A program made the translations under genes and the position numbers. The notes under the pieces were generated by a model. That model was not told where the DNA came from. It made no database searches and worked only from the letters and a program-made list of their open reading frames with translations. From contig JAUCBJ010007965.1 of NCBI GenBank assembly GCA_032718475.1, positions 1 to 62,457 on the forward strand: 62,457 nt of DNA. The letters are read 5' to 3'. This document shows positions 60,150-62,457 of the stretch, one piece after another. How positions within the stretch are numbered: position 1 is the first letter of the stretch; each line of letters opens with the position of its first letter. The DNA comes from Nemertoderma westbladi. Taxonomy: Eukaryota; Animalia; Xenacoelomorpha.

Positions 60150-60160
60150 ATAATAGCTAT
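60150..60160 (+). promoter_or_regulatory. Primer-binding site of copy C (ATAATAGCTAT), complementary to its own LTR
   Basis: Abuts LTR end; exact reverse complement of atagctattat at 59319-59329. Confidence 0.8.
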
Positions 60161-62186
60161 CGATCTTATTTGCGGTAAGCAATAAGATTGAAAGTACCGG
60201 CACTCCAGTAGGTCAGTAGGCCCAACTGTCATAACCGGTACTACTACCGTAGGTCCGTAGGCCCAACTGTCATAACCGGTACTGCTGTACAAGTACATTA
60301 GTATTATTCGATTTTGATTATTGTATACCGGTAGGTCTTGATACTAAATCGGGGACGCCTGGTTTTTATTGGGATTTTACTTAGGTTTATTTCTGTCAGT
60401 TTTATTTCCTAGTAAGTTAATATTGAGCTGAAGACGTGTAAGTCTGCTCAGATTGTTCAGATCATTGTAGGCTGGACTGTTGTCTGACTGTTGTTAGGCT
60501 TGAAGATTACAGCGTGTGTAGAGGTCTGATAGGTGCCAGTTAGTAAGTTGGGGCAACTCGTAAGTTGTAAGGTCAACCCCCATAAAGAATAAGCCGCGCT
60601 ACCTTATTAGCACGCATACTCACTAACAAGTTTCGGAATCTGCATATACTGTGGTTATTTAGGCTTGATAGTAGTCCGTCAGCGTTTATACTGTACTGTC
60701 TGTATAGTCCGTTCAGATACCGTAATAGTATTATTTAGATATTTGTAGGCTGGATTGTTGCCTAGCTGTTGTTGGGTCTGAAGAGATTGCCGCGTGTGTA
60801 GAGAGTCTGATAGGTGCCAGTTAGTAAGTTGGGGCAACTCGTCAGTTGTAAGGTCAACCCCCATAAAGAATAAGCCGCGCTACCGTATTAGCACGCATAC
60901 TCACTAACAAGTTTCGGAATCTGCACATCCTGTGGTTTATTTAGGCTTAATGGTAGTTTGTCAGCATCCGGTTTGTATTTTATTTGAGTATTCTGTACGG
61001 GTAGCGTAATATTTATTATTCAGAGTTTATGCGATTACTCGCAACATTCATGTCCCCAAGTTTATTCCTACAGTAATTGTGTTTGTTATACATACCGTTA
61101 TAGTTAAATTAACCCCAGTACTACACGGGCTGCTTGGCGTAGGTAAAGACTGGTGACTCAGTGCCCCGGTCACTCCAGCAGATGCTGTGGTTCTTTTAAC
61201 TGTTCAAGTATATTTAACTACTGGTTATCTGTTTTTACAAGTACCTGTACCTAATTTAGGGTTTAGTGTACAGTGCTTTCCGAAAGTAATTAGTGTAGGC
61301 ATTATTGTGTTGTAAAGTGGTTAATAGGCACGCTCGTTCTGGTAGACGGCGGTAATTAACTTCTAGGTAGGAACACTCCGTAGATACATAACGTTGTACC
61401 TATAGCGATACGGCTGTAGGTCGTCAGGCGGTGGTACTTTCCTATCTAGACAACGCAGTATTTACTTCTACTTATTATTTTCAAATACCGTAGTATCCTG
61501 TTCGTTGTAATAGCCAGAAGTTCTAACCCTTTGTTAGACTGGTTAGTAGTTTCCCTGTGAAATTGCCCTAAAAAATTTCTGTACGTAACGTTTTGTGTGT
61601 TTATTAGAGATTGTAATCTCACCAATAGTAAGTAACTAGTAAATAAGTAACGTAGGCCAGTAGAATTATTCTGTTTAGTGTCCCATAAGTAGTACTTCAC
61701 TAAAAGCGCTTAGCTTCTGTGTAGTGGTATTTTGCCGGAAATAGTAACATCTATTTCAATCTTGTAACGAAATACCTTATCAGGGTATATATATATATTA
61801 TAAATCAACTCCAAAGATTTATAAATCAGTAGGCCTGCCATACAACAAGTAGGTCACAATATCAGTTGGACTACTGCTTGCATAATGGTAACAAAGTAAA
61901 CTCAAGTAACTAAGTAACTTATAATTTCAGAAATTCAATTATCCTAAATAATTGATATACCGGTATCTATAATAGGCTTAATATATATTTGTATATATTT
62001 GAATTGAAATTATATACCGGTACTCTGTAACAAACCTAGTCTGCAATACTTATATATACTGTGGGTGTATACCGGTATCCTAATATATTGTAATTAATTA
62101 ACTGTACTAGGCCAACAGTCTTACTGAATTACTAGACTTGCTTTAACTGTAACTATAGCAATAGGCATTCAACTGTACAAACAAAC

Positions 62187-62457
62187 ATGTCTGACACAAC
62201 CCAATCACTGTCAGATAGTCTCTTAGAAAGTGTTAGAATGACTGTGAGGCAGTGTCTTAAAAAGAGCAGTGACCCAGACCAAAATATAGAACATCCCAGA
62301 CACAGGTCTAAGTCCCCTCCTACTGTAAGAAAGGCCATCCCTACAGTAATAGTGTCAGACCCTAGGCTAATCCACCATAGGTCTATCATAGGCACTCGGG
62401 CCCAAGTCAAACGGAACCCAGAGGAAGCTGTCCTATCGCAGCAACATCCTGATCACG
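62187..62457 (+). CDS. Start of gag of copy C (MSDTTQSLSDSLL...), open to the window edge
   Basis: Hand translation is open and matches the A/B N-terminus (SPPTVRK, RSIIGTRAQVKR). Confidence 0.85.
   Translation, partial: MSDTTQSLSDSLLESVRMTVRQCLKKSSDPDQNIEHPRHRSKSPPTVRKAIPTVIVSDPRLIHHRSIIGTRAQVKRNPEEAVLSQQHPDH

Larger units (their letters stand above)
58831..62457 (+). mobile_element. BEL/Pao family 2 copy C (5' LTR, leader, start of gag), nested in the leader of B in opposite orientation
   Basis: Homology of B to A breaks after agtcaggcct exactly where TGTAAAAGC begins; downstream sequence matches the reverse complement of copy A. Confidence 0.92.

Overview
AT-rich, repeat-dense eukaryotic (animal-like) genomic DNA. 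Host genes: one intact but divergent beta-tubulin (20354-21691, minus) and a probable plus-strand gene made of very small phase-1 exons (about 28.2-37.1 kb, possibly more) encoding a Cys/Thr/Pro-rich, probably secreted peptide. The rest is mostly mobile DNA and satellites. There are two unrelated BEL/Pao LTR retrotransposon families. Family 1 is a truncated gag-pol at 2.1-8.95 kb. Family 2 has three diverged copies (A 8952-13435 minus, B 43144-58830 minus, C 58831-end plus, with C nested in B) plus an LTR fragment. Also present are two RTE-like LINE copies, a 9-bp-TSD foldback element inside gag of B, MITEs and several large tandem arrays. Most striking result: family 2 has no tRNA primer-binding site. 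The 11 nt directly after the 5' LTR are instead the perfect reverse complement of an 11-mer inside the same LTR, with compensatory changes between copies A and C. This is the architecture of Tf1-type self-primed reverse transcription, which I do not know of in BEL/Pao elements. Copy B also carries an extra non-env ORF of unknown function between pol and the 3' LTR. All calls are by eye; no database searches were run.
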